NCBI GenBank assembly: GCA_036125855.1 | Contig: JAYZTT010000017.1 | Location: 21,323-85,322, forward strand | Reading direction: 5' to 3' | From: Planctomycetota bacterium | GTDB lineage: Bacteria > Planctomycetota > UBA8108 > UBA1146 | DNA: 64,000 nt | Part shown: positions 43,997 to 52,498 of the stretch, piece by piece | Layout of the letters: every line of letters starts with the position of its first letter | How positions within the stretch are numbered: the stretch's first letter is position 1 | Notes under the pieces: model-generated | What the model was told of the DNA's origin: nothing | Seen by the model: only the letters and a program-made list of their open reading frames with translations | Databases searched by the model: none | Program-made: the position numbers and the translations under genes

Positions 43997-44728
43997 CTAG
44001 AAACTGTAATCAATACCGACATAGGCGCCGAGGCCACCATAATCCACTTCTCCGGCAATATCTCCGTCAGAATTAAGATCGATGATCAGATCATGACTGG
44101 CAATGTCGTACTGTGCCTCTGCGATGAAGGTCAGGGAATCCCCGGCCAGATCCCAGCGTATAGAAGCACTGGGACTGAACAAAAACATCAACTGGTCAGT
44201 AACCTCGACAAAGGTACCTGGCGAGCCGGCTTCCACCGCATCCAGAAACCCCTGGTTGAGGCTGTTCTTGGAATAGAGACCACCGACACCGAATCCGTAA
44301 CGGAAATATGGCAAGCTACCGTCCTGAGAAATCGGTACGTCCCAATCAAAGTTGATGGTGAATGATCGACGATCAGAACGAGACAGGGACTGTTCTCCTA
44401 TGTCCCGAATGGCATCCGGACTGGAAAGAGCACCGGGACCGGAATATGGCGCACCCTCGACATCTTCGATGGAGGTAATTTCAAATCCATAGTGCATTCC
44501 ATATTCGTACTCGTAACTCATTCGAACGCCGACACCACTTCCACCACTGAAGTGACTGCTCTTGGGAGAGAAGGAAGCGACCTTGAACTCGGTGTGAAGC
44601 TTGTCCTCAAACAGCATCGCTTCACGTTCATTGTATCCAGGAACTGCACAACCACTTACCACGACCAGCGTGATCCAAACAGCCGCCATGGCGCAGTAAA
44701 CCGGGCGGACTCGATGGTGCTGCTGCAT
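43997..44728 (-). CDS. Putative outer-membrane beta-barrel lipoprotein
   Basis: AAGGAGA SD before ATG 44728. Leader with LVVVSGC lipobox. Alternating beta-strand pattern and terminal ...YVGIDYSF (aromatic C-terminus typical of OMPs). Confidence 0.6.
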   Translation of the reverse strand: MQQHHRVRPVYCAMAAVWITLVVVSGCAVPGYNEREAMLFEDKLHTEFKVASFSPKSSHFSGGSGVGVRMSYEYEYGMHYGFEITSIEDVEGAPYSGPGALSSPDAIRDIGEQSLSRSDRRSFTINFDWDVPISQDGSLPYFRYGFGVGGLYSKNSLNQGFLDAVEAGSPGTFVEVTDQLMFLFSPSASIRWDLAGDSLTFIAEAQYDIASHDLIIDLNSDGDIAGEVDYGGLGAYVGIDYSF

Positions 44729-45014
44729 CTTTGATCTCCTTTTTTTCGCTGTCAGGATCCTGCGGACTTGCGACAAGGTGGGCACTGAGCTACCACCTCC
44801 GGGACCGCTGAAACCAGACACCCCAGCTCCCCGACGATATCCCACGGGCTCTGTGGGCGACCCCATTCCTGGGATCAAAGAGGACCGGCAAACCCATGTC
44901 TCCGGACCCTCTCGGGGAAGCCGGAAGGTACCCGCTCTTCCCGCAGTGATGCAAGGGTGCCATCGGTGTTGATTCCGGGATCAAAGAAAAATCGACGAAT
45001 CGGCGCAACATCCA

Positions 45015-46655
45015 TCAAGACCGGTTGGGCCCATTATCTCCGCGGCTACGAGAAGGTTTTCGTCGCCTGCGACGGCGACGGCGCCGGGTAGAGCCCGAGT
45101 CGTCGACTCCGTTGTGCTCCTGAGCCGCCCCGGAACGGCCTTCTTCGGCTTGCTTTCGGTGATTTTGGCCCGATTTCCGGCGCGGGCGTCGACCTCGAGT
45201 TTGCCGTTCGGGAGACTCGGGAACCGGTAGCTTGCGCGCCTCCTCCAGCATCTCCTGGCGCCCCTGCCCCGGTCCCAGCAGCACGTAAAGGACCACCATC
45301 GAATCCAACAACCATGGCTGAGACTTGAGATTCTGGCTCCACTCCCCCTCTTGAACCGCATCGGCCACCGCACAGAGCCCACCGAGAGCTGCCCACAGGC
45401 GCTCCTCGTCACGGCGATAGACCTTCAACTGGCGCAGAACTTCCGCCAGATCCTGGCGGAATACCCCCGATATCTTGTTCCGGTTCCGTTCACCGCTCTC
45501 GACCAGGCGCTCGTAACGAGCAATCAGCAGCGGAGAAACCAGTGCGGCGATCCCGAGAGCCTGCGGAATCCGGTGTCCGGCGTTGACCTGTTCATCGAGC
45601 CTGGCGAGGCAGTCGTGCCACTGACTGGTGGTTTCTGGCTGCTCCAGTACTTTCACCAGGGCGGGGATCAGCAACTGGAGAAATTGCTCCTGATGAAGAG
45701 CCTCGAAGAACTTCTTGCCGTATCCCGAGTGAAGATCCTTGTACAGTTCTTCCAGTAATCGAGCCGGGTTCGCCCTCAAGATCAGTTCCCGTGACTGTTC
45801 GAGCGCATCGCCAGTCTCTTGATCGAGTTGAAAACCGATCCGGACCCCATGCCGAATCGCTCGAAACATGCGAATCGGATCTTCCCGGAAGGAGAAATGA
45901 GGGTCTCCGATCATCCGGATCTTCGAGGCTCTCAGATCCTCCACTCCGCCAACGTAGTCGATGACGGAAAAGGTGGAGACGTCATAGAACAGGCCATTGA
46001 TGGTCAAATCTCTCCGATGCGCATCCTCCTCGGCAGAGCCGTAGACATTATCACGTCGAATCATCTCCCCATCTCGCACCACCGCATCGGCCCGGCCAGA
46101 AGATCGAAAGGTGGCCACTTCGATGATTTTTCCCCCGGCGTAATGCAGATGGGCAAGGCGGAATCGTCGACCGATGATGCGGCAGTTTCGGAACAGGCGT
46201 TTCACCTTCCGGGGAGTGGCATCGGTGGCGATATCGAAATCTTTCGGCTGCCGTGAGATCATCAGATCCCGGACCGCTCCGCCCACCAGGTAGGCGATAT
46301 GCCCGTGATCGATCAGCCGATAGAGCGCATTGAGCGCATCCCTGTCGATATTCTTTCTCGAGACAGAATGTTCCTTGCGCTCCAGAATCAGCGAATCGCA
46401 AGCTCGACTCTTCGGGCGGATGGGATCTTCAGGGGTTGCCGGTGGAGGTTGCGGGGGACGCGCAGTATCTCGCGAAAAAATACCGGCAAGAAAATCATCG
46501 CCGCGATCTCTGGCAGGTAACGATGAATCCGAAGTTCGATCTTCTGGGGAATCCTGCGGCAACTGGGATCCGTTCTGTAGCGAAACGACGAAGAAACTCC
46601 GAGTTCCGGCCGGCCCGAGTCCCCTGCGATACGGCAACGATGGCCACCGGATCAC
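45015..46655 (-). CDS. pcnB: Poly(A) polymerase I / tRNA nucleotidyltransferase family protein with Arg-rich C-terminal tail
   Basis: SRKNIDRDALNALYRLIDHGHIAYLVGGAVRDLMISRQPKDFDIATDATPRKVKRLFRNCRIIGRRFRLAHLHY is collinear with E. coli PcnB. The tail is RRRRRRRRRKPSRSRG. The true start is uncertain (see finding). Confidence 0.8.
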   Translation of the reverse strand: MIRWPSLPYRRGLGPAGTRSFFVVSLQNGSQLPQDSPEDRTSDSSLPARDRGDDFLAGIFSRDTARPPQPPPATPEDPIRPKSRACDSLILERKEHSVSRKNIDRDALNALYRLIDHGHIAYLVGGAVRDLMISRQPKDFDIATDATPRKVKRLFRNCRIIGRRFRLAHLHYAGGKIIEVATFRSSGRADAVVRDGEMIRRDNVYGSAEEDAHRRDLTINGLFYDVSTFSVIDYVGGVEDLRASKIRMIGDPHFSFREDPIRMFRAIRHGVRIGFQLDQETGDALEQSRELILRANPARLLEELYKDLHSGYGKKFFEALHQEQFLQLLIPALVKVLEQPETTSQWHDCLARLDEQVNAGHRIPQALGIAALVSPLLIARYERLVESGERNRNKISGVFRQDLAEVLRQLKVYRRDEERLWAALGGLCAVADAVQEGEWSQNLKSQPWLLDSMVVLYVLLGPGQGRQEMLEEARKLPVPESPERQTRGRRPRRKSGQNHRKQAEEGRSGAAQEHNGVDDSGSTRRRRRRRRRKPSRSRGDNGPNRS

Positions 46656-46937
46656 CGGGAGATCGCTGCAGGATACCGTACCGACTCCGGGGGGTCACCC
46701 GATCCTCCTCGGGTTCCCCGTTGATCGATGGCTGGCTTCCTGGCCATCTTGCGGAGCCGTCAACCGTCTTGCCAGGAGATGGAATCCGCGCAGAAAGCAG
46801 CAGCAGGAAAGCAACGAGGGAAGCCGGGAGGAGCCGCCTCCAGTCAAAAAACCTGGAGAGGCTCCTCCCGTTCAGGGGCATCGCATCAGCAAAAACCGAT
46901 CTGGAAAACTGGCAGACCTCATCGATTCACAACGGAA

Positions 46938-47639
46938 TCAATCAGGCCCGGCGGAATCGGACCAGCGGGGGTAGCGGCGTACGACCCCCACCACCACTCC
47001 TCGAACCTCCAGTTGATCGACGATGATCGGCTCGAGAGCTTCATTGGCTGGCTGCAGACGGAACACATCCTGGCCATCGCGCTTGTCACGGAACAACTTC
47101 TTGAGAGTGGCCTCTTCCATCTCTTCTCCATCGACGATGGCGACAACCAGCTCTCCATCATCGGCCTGCTCTCTTCGCTCGACGATCACCAGATCTCCGT
47201 CGTGGATTCCATCATCGATCATCGAAGTGCCACGCACTCGCAAGGCGTAGTGGTCCTTGCCCATCGGGAGCAAATCGGCAAGATCGACCTGTTCGGGTGC
47301 TTCCACCGCTTCGATCGGCTCGCCCGCAGCAATCCGCCCGAGCACCGAAACGGGTAAACGATCCTGGCCATCGTCTCGCAGCGGATCCGGTACCGGGTCG
47401 TCGAGAAACTGTGGATCCACAATCTCGATGGAGCGAGCCAGATGCGGCGTTCTCTGGATGGCACCCTTCGACTCCAGATGGCGGACATGTTCATGAATCG
47501 TAACCTTGCCAACCTGGAAGTTGGTTGCGATCTCATCCATCGTGGGAGAGATGTGGCGCTCGCGACGATATTCCTGCAGGAATTCCATGATCGCTAGTTG
47601 CCGATCTGTGTAGAACAAGTTGTCCCTCGCCTCCATCAA
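46938..47639 (-). CDS. lexA: LexA repressor (S24 peptidase)
   Basis: Winged-helix N-domain (LTDRQLAIMEFL..PTMDEIATNF..VTIHEHVRHLESKGAI), cleavage site GRIAAGEP, catalytic Ser (RVRGTSMIDDGI) and Lys (EATLKKL). Confidence 0.9.
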   Translation of the reverse strand: MMEARDNLFYTDRQLAIMEFLQEYRRERHISPTMDEIATNFQVGKVTIHEHVRHLESKGAIQRTPHLARSIEIVDPQFLDDPVPDPLRDDGQDRLPVSVLGRIAAGEPIEAVEAPEQVDLADLLPMGKDHYALRVRGTSMIDDGIHDGDLVIVERREQADDGELVVAIVDGEEMEEATLKKLFRDKRDGQDVFRLQPANEALEPIIVDQLEVRGVVVGVVRRYPRWSDSAGPD

Positions 47640-47646
47640 TTTCGAA

Positions 47647-48084
47647 TCAGATGGCGCTGATCACCAGAGCCAGTACCACCACAAAACCGGCCGCCGCCAG
47701 CACCTGTTCCCAGGGATTTAGCTGCTCAGGATTTTCGTCGGCAGCCGGCTGGCAAATCACCGCAGCCAGTCCCTGCTGAAAAGTCATGGCAACTCCATCG
47801 CGCCTCGCCCGGAATCTCTCGACCGCTTGCCAGGCTTGCTGCGCCACACGCCAGCGCGCGACCGGCTCCGTCGGCTGATTCGGATCGAGCCGCTGGCTTC
47901 CGATCGGCTCTCGACCTGCCGTATCCAGCAGTTCCTGGCAATTCTCTGATCGTGCCGAGAAACGCTGACAGGAGGCTCTACCGGGGAAATTCTTGCGACC
48001 CGGGCCGGCCGCTGGTCGAGCCGGATTGGTTCCCGGTTGGAGGGGAAAGATCTCTAGCTGTTGACTGTTCTTCTGAGACTTCAT
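47647..48084 (-). CDS. Hypothetical tail-anchored membrane protein, first gene of the lexA operon
   Basis: 145 aa from ATG 48084 (GAGG 8 nt upstream). Only one hydrophobic segment, at the extreme C-terminus (VLAAAGFVVVLALVISAI-stop). The stop is 7 nt before the lexA start. The ORF is open to 48177. Confidence 0.45.
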   Translation of the reverse strand: MKSQKNSQQLEIFPLQPGTNPARPAAGPGRKNFPGRASCQRFSARSENCQELLDTAGREPIGSQRLDPNQPTEPVARWRVAQQAWQAVERFRARRDGVAMTFQQGLAAVICQPAADENPEQLNPWEQVLAAAGFVVVLALVISAI

Positions 48085-48238
48085 CGGTCGACCTCGTTTC
48101 CCTTCTGGCGAAACAGCACCGTCTTCGATTCCGCACCTGGCTACCGCACTGACAATCGCTGCCTCTGCCCGTATCATGTCCAGTGCTTTCGGCTTCTGGA
48201 CTTGCTGGTCGCGAACCGGCTCGTCGCCATGTTAGGGG

Positions 48239-48265
48239 AATGTTCGCCGAACAAAACCCGAACAT
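48239..48265. promoter_or_regulatory. Cluster of CGAACA/TGTTCG repeats: candidate LexA operator
   Basis: AATGTTCGCCGAACAAAACCCGAACAT contains direct CCGAACA x2 (11-nt period), an inverted copy TGTTCGC, and outer 7-nt inverted arms ATGTTCG/CGAACAT. A further GCGAACC lies at 48211. The cluster sits in the divergent promoter region upstream of the lexA operon. Confidence 0.35.
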
Positions 48266-48329
48266 CAAGGGAATCCGAGAGGTCGGAATTTCAAGTCTAA
48301 CCTACTTGTAGATAAGGGCTTAAGAGCAA

Positions 48330-49298
48330 ATGGACGAGCGAAACTCGAAAAAAAGTTTGGGTTCTGTTCGGGTTCGAGCGCTGATCCTGGCCCTGGTGCT
48401 GACGGTCGCCGGCACCAGTTTGCTGACGGCCGCTGACCGCGATCGTCCTGGCACCGCTGATTTCCTCTCTTTCGACCGAACCGGGCCCGCCAGCGCCGTG
48501 TTGCAGACCTCCGTCACCCGCTACCGCCACCCCCACAGCGGCCAGGTGGTGAGCCTGGTGGGAGCGGTTCATATCGGTGAGCCGAGCTACTACCAGGCGA
48601 TCCAGGCGGAACTCGATCAGCATGACCTGGCGCTGTACGAACTGGTCGGAGGCCCGGCACCGGGCTCGCCGGAGGCGGCCGAGCAAGATCCCCCCGATTC
48701 GTCCGATTTTGCCTCTCGACTGGGGTTCATCCAGGTCCTCCAGCAGGAGATGCAGTCGATGCTGCAACTCGACCATCAGATGAACTGCATCGACTACACC
48801 CGGCACAACCTGCGTCATGCGGATCTCAACGCTCGAGACTTCCAGATAGCCCTCGCCGAGCACGGGCTCTTCAACATCGATCCGGTAGCTCTCTTCACCG
48901 GGATCGGCCCGGCGATGCTGGAGGGGTTCGGGCTGCAAGCAGCACTCGCGTCGCAGGATGAAAACTCCGTGAATCGTATCCGATGGATGATGGGCAAAAT
49001 GATGGCAAACTCGGTGTCTCAGATGGCGATTCTCGGAGTCGACGACATCGAAAAACCAGAAGATCTGATCCTCGGCATCCGGAACGATCAGGCCTGGAAG
49101 GTCCTTCAGAAGTCGATCCCCGAAGGGTGGCGTCGAATCGCCATCTTTTACGGCGCCGCACACTTGCCTGATCTGCGTCGAAGACTGCTCCAGGACGGTT
49201 GGATGTTCGAACAGATCGAGTGGATCCCCGCCTGGAGGATTCCGGTCGAAGACCCGGCTGCAGAACAGATATCGATCGCGCGTGAGGCGCGGCTTTGA
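48330..49298 (+). CDS. TraB/GumN-family-like secreted protein (tentative)
   Basis: Signal (VRVRALILALVLTVAGTSLLTA). VVSLVGAVHIGEPSYYQAIQAELDQHDLALYELV resembles the TraB/GumN N-terminal motif. The longer antisense ORF 48297..49361 was rejected. Confidence 0.55.
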   Translation: MDERNSKKSLGSVRVRALILALVLTVAGTSLLTAADRDRPGTADFLSFDRTGPASAVLQTSVTRYRHPHSGQVVSLVGAVHIGEPSYYQAIQAELDQHDLALYELVGGPAPGSPEAAEQDPPDSSDFASRLGFIQVLQQEMQSMLQLDHQMNCIDYTRHNLRHADLNARDFQIALAEHGLFNIDPVALFTGIGPAMLEGFGLQAALASQDENSVNRIRWMMGKMMANSVSQMAILGVDDIEKPEDLILGIRNDQAWKVLQKSIPEGWRRIAIFYGAAHLPDLRRRLLQDGWMFEQIEWIPAWRIPVEDPAAEQISIAREARL

Positions 49299-49308
49299 TG
49301 GAGGTTTC

Positions 49309-50568
49309 TTGAAATCCAATCGCAGGGTTACCGTCGCCGGCGGCGCCATCACACCGTTCATCGGTAAGTTTCATCCGGACTTCATCTGGAAAAAACATCC
49401 AGACTTCGGAACCAGGGAAAATCCGACCCTCGAACAGTTGCTGCATCAGGTGTCGACCGATGCGTGTCGCGATGTGGGTATCGACCCAGCGGTGGTTGAT
49501 CGCGGTTATGTCGGCAACTTCGTCGGAGAACTGTTCTGCCACCAGGGGCATCTCGGTGCCCTGGCTGCCGCCGCCGATCCAGGCTTTCTCCATACCCCCT
49601 TCACACGGGTCGAGGGAGCCTGCGCCTCGGGAGGACTCGCCATCGCCGCCGGCTTCGATGCCATTCAGGCCGGAGCCGATGTCGTTCTGGTTGCCGGTGT
49701 CGAGGTCCAGACAACATACAACGCCAAAGATGGTGCAGATTTCCTGGCGCGTGCTTCACACTATGCGTCCGAAAGATCCATCGATCCCTTCACCTTTCCC
49801 GCGATGTTTGCCCGCAGAACCCAGGCCTACTGTGAGAAGTACGGCATCACACCGGCGGCCCTGGCCCCCATCATCGCCAAGGCATACTCCAACGCCAATC
49901 GGAATCCAAACGCCCACATGCGCTCCATCACCCTCACCGAGGAACAAGCCGCGCAAGCCTCCGACAAGAATCCCTGTTTCCTCGACAATGAAGCTCTCAA
50001 TCCCTGGCTTCGACTGAGTGATTGTTCCCAGGTCTCCGATGGTGGTTGTGCCGTGATCCTCTGTTCCGATGAGGGATTGCAGCGACTGGGCCAGGGCGCC
50101 CAGCGCTGCGTTGAACTCCGATCGTGCGCGGTTTCCTGTGGCCCGCTGGGTCAGGTTGCCGACTATACCGAGATGGATGTCTCCGCCGCTGCAGCACGTC
50201 GTGCGTACTCTGCCGTGGACTGGGATCCGGGTGATATTCAAATCGCCGAGGTCCACGACTGTTTCAGCATCTCGGAAGCTCTGATGTGTGAGGCTCTGGG
50301 ACTCTGTGGTGCCGGAGAAGGAACCCAGCTCGCTGCCGATGGAGCCACCTCTCTCGATGGAACCATCCCGGTCAATACCGGGGGAGGCCTGATGGCATTT
50401 GGCCATCCGGTCGGCGCCACCGGGGTCAAACAGGTCTATGAACTGTTCCGTCAGATGAATGGACTCTGTGGCGACTACCAGGTGAAGACGCCACCCAGCC
50501 GGGGAGTCTGTGCCAACATGGGCGGGGACGATCGAACAGCGGTAGTCACCCTGCTCGAGAAGAACTAG
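49309..50568 (+). CDS. Thiolase-family protein (SCP-x/acetyl-CoA acetyltransferase-like)
   Basis: VTVAGGAITPFIGKF, RVEGACASGGLAI (active-site Cys), VHDCFS, NTGGGLMAFGHPVGATG. TTG 49309 with GGAGG 5 nt upstream is preferred; GTG 49282 is the alternative. Confidence 0.85.
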   Translation: MKSNRRVTVAGGAITPFIGKFHPDFIWKKHPDFGTRENPTLEQLLHQVSTDACRDVGIDPAVVDRGYVGNFVGELFCHQGHLGALAAAADPGFLHTPFTRVEGACASGGLAIAAGFDAIQAGADVVLVAGVEVQTTYNAKDGADFLARASHYASERSIDPFTFPAMFARRTQAYCEKYGITPAALAPIIAKAYSNANRNPNAHMRSITLTEEQAAQASDKNPCFLDNEALNPWLRLSDCSQVSDGGCAVILCSDEGLQRLGQGAQRCVELRSCAVSCGPLGQVADYTEMDVSAAAARRAYSAVDWDPGDIQIAEVHDCFSISEALMCEALGLCGAGEGTQLAADGATSLDGTIPVNTGGGLMAFGHPVGATGVKQVYELFRQMNGLCGDYQVKTPPSRGVCANMGGDDRTAVVTLLEKN

Positions 50569-50577
50569 GAAATCCCC

Positions 50578-51246
50578 TTGGATAATCCAGAGAATCCTCC
50601 ACCTCTTGATGTTCCTGCGGCGATCGGCGCTCGCCGGTCGACCAAGGATTTCAAACCGGACGAGATCGATCCCGAGCTGCTCTCCAGGATCCTTCAGCTG
50701 ACCACCGAGGCTCCCTCCTCCTGGAATCTCCAACCGTGGCGCATCGTCGTGATCGATGACGCCACGACCAGAGAAAAGCTGCACAAGGCTTGCTTTCAAC
50801 AGAGACAGATCCTGGAGGCGCCGGTAACCCTGGTCTTTGCCGTCGATGTCGATGCCTGGCAACAGGATATGGCCCCCATTATCGACCAGGCTCAATCGCT
50901 CAACGCCTGGCCCTCCGCCTACTGCGACATCGCTCGTCAGGCAATTCCTGGTGGACAGAATGCTCTGTCCGGGATGGGCCGCCTCAGAGAATACGCCATC
51001 AAGGATGCCATGATCGCTGCCACACACTGCGTCCTGGCTGCCACCTCTTTCGGCCTGCAAACCACCTACATGAATGGTTGGCAGGAAGAGGCGGTCAAGG
51101 AAGTGATCGGTGCCGCAGGGCGCGACGAGATCGCCATCGCGGTACTGGTTGTGCTGGGTCATTCTGACCAGGTACTGCCTCACCCCGGTCGTGTGGACCA
51201 GGCCAGTACCGTGTTTCGAACCCGACTCCCGGAACCAGAGAACTAG
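50578..51246 (+). CDS. Nitroreductase-family protein
   Basis: IGARRSTKDFKPDEI..LTTEAPSSWNLQPWRIVVI is the typical nitroreductase N-terminal FMN-binding pattern. Confidence 0.8.
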   Translation: MDNPENPPPLDVPAAIGARRSTKDFKPDEIDPELLSRILQLTTEAPSSWNLQPWRIVVIDDATTREKLHKACFQQRQILEAPVTLVFAVDVDAWQQDMAPIIDQAQSLNAWPSAYCDIARQAIPGGQNALSGMGRLREYAIKDAMIAATHCVLAATSFGLQTTYMNGWQEEAVKEVIGAAGRDEIAIAVLVVLGHSDQVLPHPGRVDQASTVFRTRLPEPEN

Positions 51247-52361
51247 CGAGAACCGCCATCGGGTCGAACCGCCGCCTCGCTCGATTCAAATTGAGATCCG
51301 AATTCGGCCACCTCGACTCGCCGGGAGAAGACCAGCGAGGCGATTCGATCCCGATCGGTGGCTGACAGGCCAACAAACCGAGCGCCGATCCCATCTTCGG
51401 GAATCTCCATCGCACTCAGATCCCCCACCACTCTGGCAGTCACCTCTCGGGTCCCCAGCGACGGGATTCCACTGATGATCAACAGATCGCCCGGCTCGAC
51501 CGATGCCTCGGAAGTGAATCCAAGACCTCCGGTACCCAGATCGATGAGAGAAGCAACATGAAGCAACTCGTCAGCTTCATCCCGATGAATCCGTTCACCG
51601 AGAGGAAGATGCAAGAAACGAATCGAACCCTCGATGGGAACACGTACCGATTGACGACGTTGCTCGATGCGAACCTTTTGCGGTGTCTCGAGGAAGAAAA
51701 ACCAATCGCCGAGATCTCGTTTCTCCTGAAGTCTGGTCTCAAACAGGAAACAACCACAGTCTGGACGATAGAAGGAGACCTGCAGATCCTCTCCCACCTG
51801 CCACGGACAGGCTTCCACGTTCGGTTCCGAACTCTCGATCACACGAACGGCAAGACTTTGCGCATCGCGATGAATCATGACGGTGCGATAGGTCAATCGG
51901 TCCGAACCATGAATCAACAATTCTTCATCCTCGGTCGGAAGTGAAAGCCCCTGGGAGATTTCTCCGGAGACTTCCCAGCCTCTACGAATCCGGATTCGAT
52001 CAAGGGCGCGCCGTGCCCCCAGCTCTCGAATCAGATCGGGATCCCTCGAGAGGGTTTTCTCCAGAGCGTCCTCGAAAGCAATCCGGGAATTGAGGAGGCG
52101 CGCCATGTTGGGTTCCTCACAGTTGGCGAGCAGGTTCAGGAGTAGATCCGCCTCTTCTCCATCGACTCCCTGTGCCATCAGGTCGTCTCTCATCGCCGGA
52201 TCATCTTTGGCATGACGTACCTTCTTGCGCACGGATCTTCGGGAGTTTCCGGTACGAATTACCAGCCACCAGCGGCGAAGAGCGCGATTGGCGACGATCA
52301 GTACCAGTGAAAACAGCAGCAACCCCAGCGCCACCGACAGATTCAACATTTCTGGTCCCAT
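51243..52361 (-). CDS. PilZ-domain protein with N-terminal TM anchor (YcgR-like architecture)
   Basis: TM segment LSVALGLLLFSLVLIVA. RRQSVRVPIEGSIRF ... DLGTGGLGF is the RxxxR / DxSxxG-type PilZ c-di-GMP motif (approximate). Confidence 0.65.
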   Translation of the reverse strand: MGPEMLNLSVALGLLLFSLVLIVANRALRRWWLVIRTGNSRRSVRKKVRHAKDDPAMRDDLMAQGVDGEEADLLLNLLANCEEPNMARLLNSRIAFEDALEKTLSRDPDLIRELGARRALDRIRIRRGWEVSGEISQGLSLPTEDEELLIHGSDRLTYRTVMIHRDAQSLAVRVIESSEPNVEACPWQVGEDLQVSFYRPDCGCFLFETRLQEKRDLGDWFFFLETPQKVRIEQRRQSVRVPIEGSIRFLHLPLGERIHRDEADELLHVASLIDLGTGGLGFTSEASVEPGDLLIISGIPSLGTREVTARVVGDLSAMEIPEDGIGARFVGLSATDRDRIASLVFSRRVEVAEFGSQFESSEAAVRPDGGSR

Positions 52362-52498
52362 TGGCGATCCCCATCATTTCTCCGGCACGGAACATTCCCT
52401 CACCCCCATCGGCATTCAGGGCAGCAAACTTGAATTCTTTTCAATTCAGGGGAGATCAGCCTACGAGCGGCAGGATCCGGCAGGGAAGGATCGCGAAT

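Noticed and set aside
44777-44800. The minus strand reads GGAGGTGGTAGCTCAGTGCCCACC, which looks like a tRNA D-arm.
   Set aside because: There is no matching GAGC closing strand, anticodon arm or T-arm (GTTCGA), so it is not a tRNA. It lies in the 5' region of the OMP lipoprotein gene.
44729-44978. Three copies of GATCAAAG(A): 44729-36 inverted, 44871-78 and 44971-78, in the 287-nt gap upstream of the OMP lipoprotein gene.
   Set aside because: These are only 8-11-nt matches with no consistent spacing or flanking conservation. They could be chance or simple regulator half-sites. This is too weak to call without comparative data.
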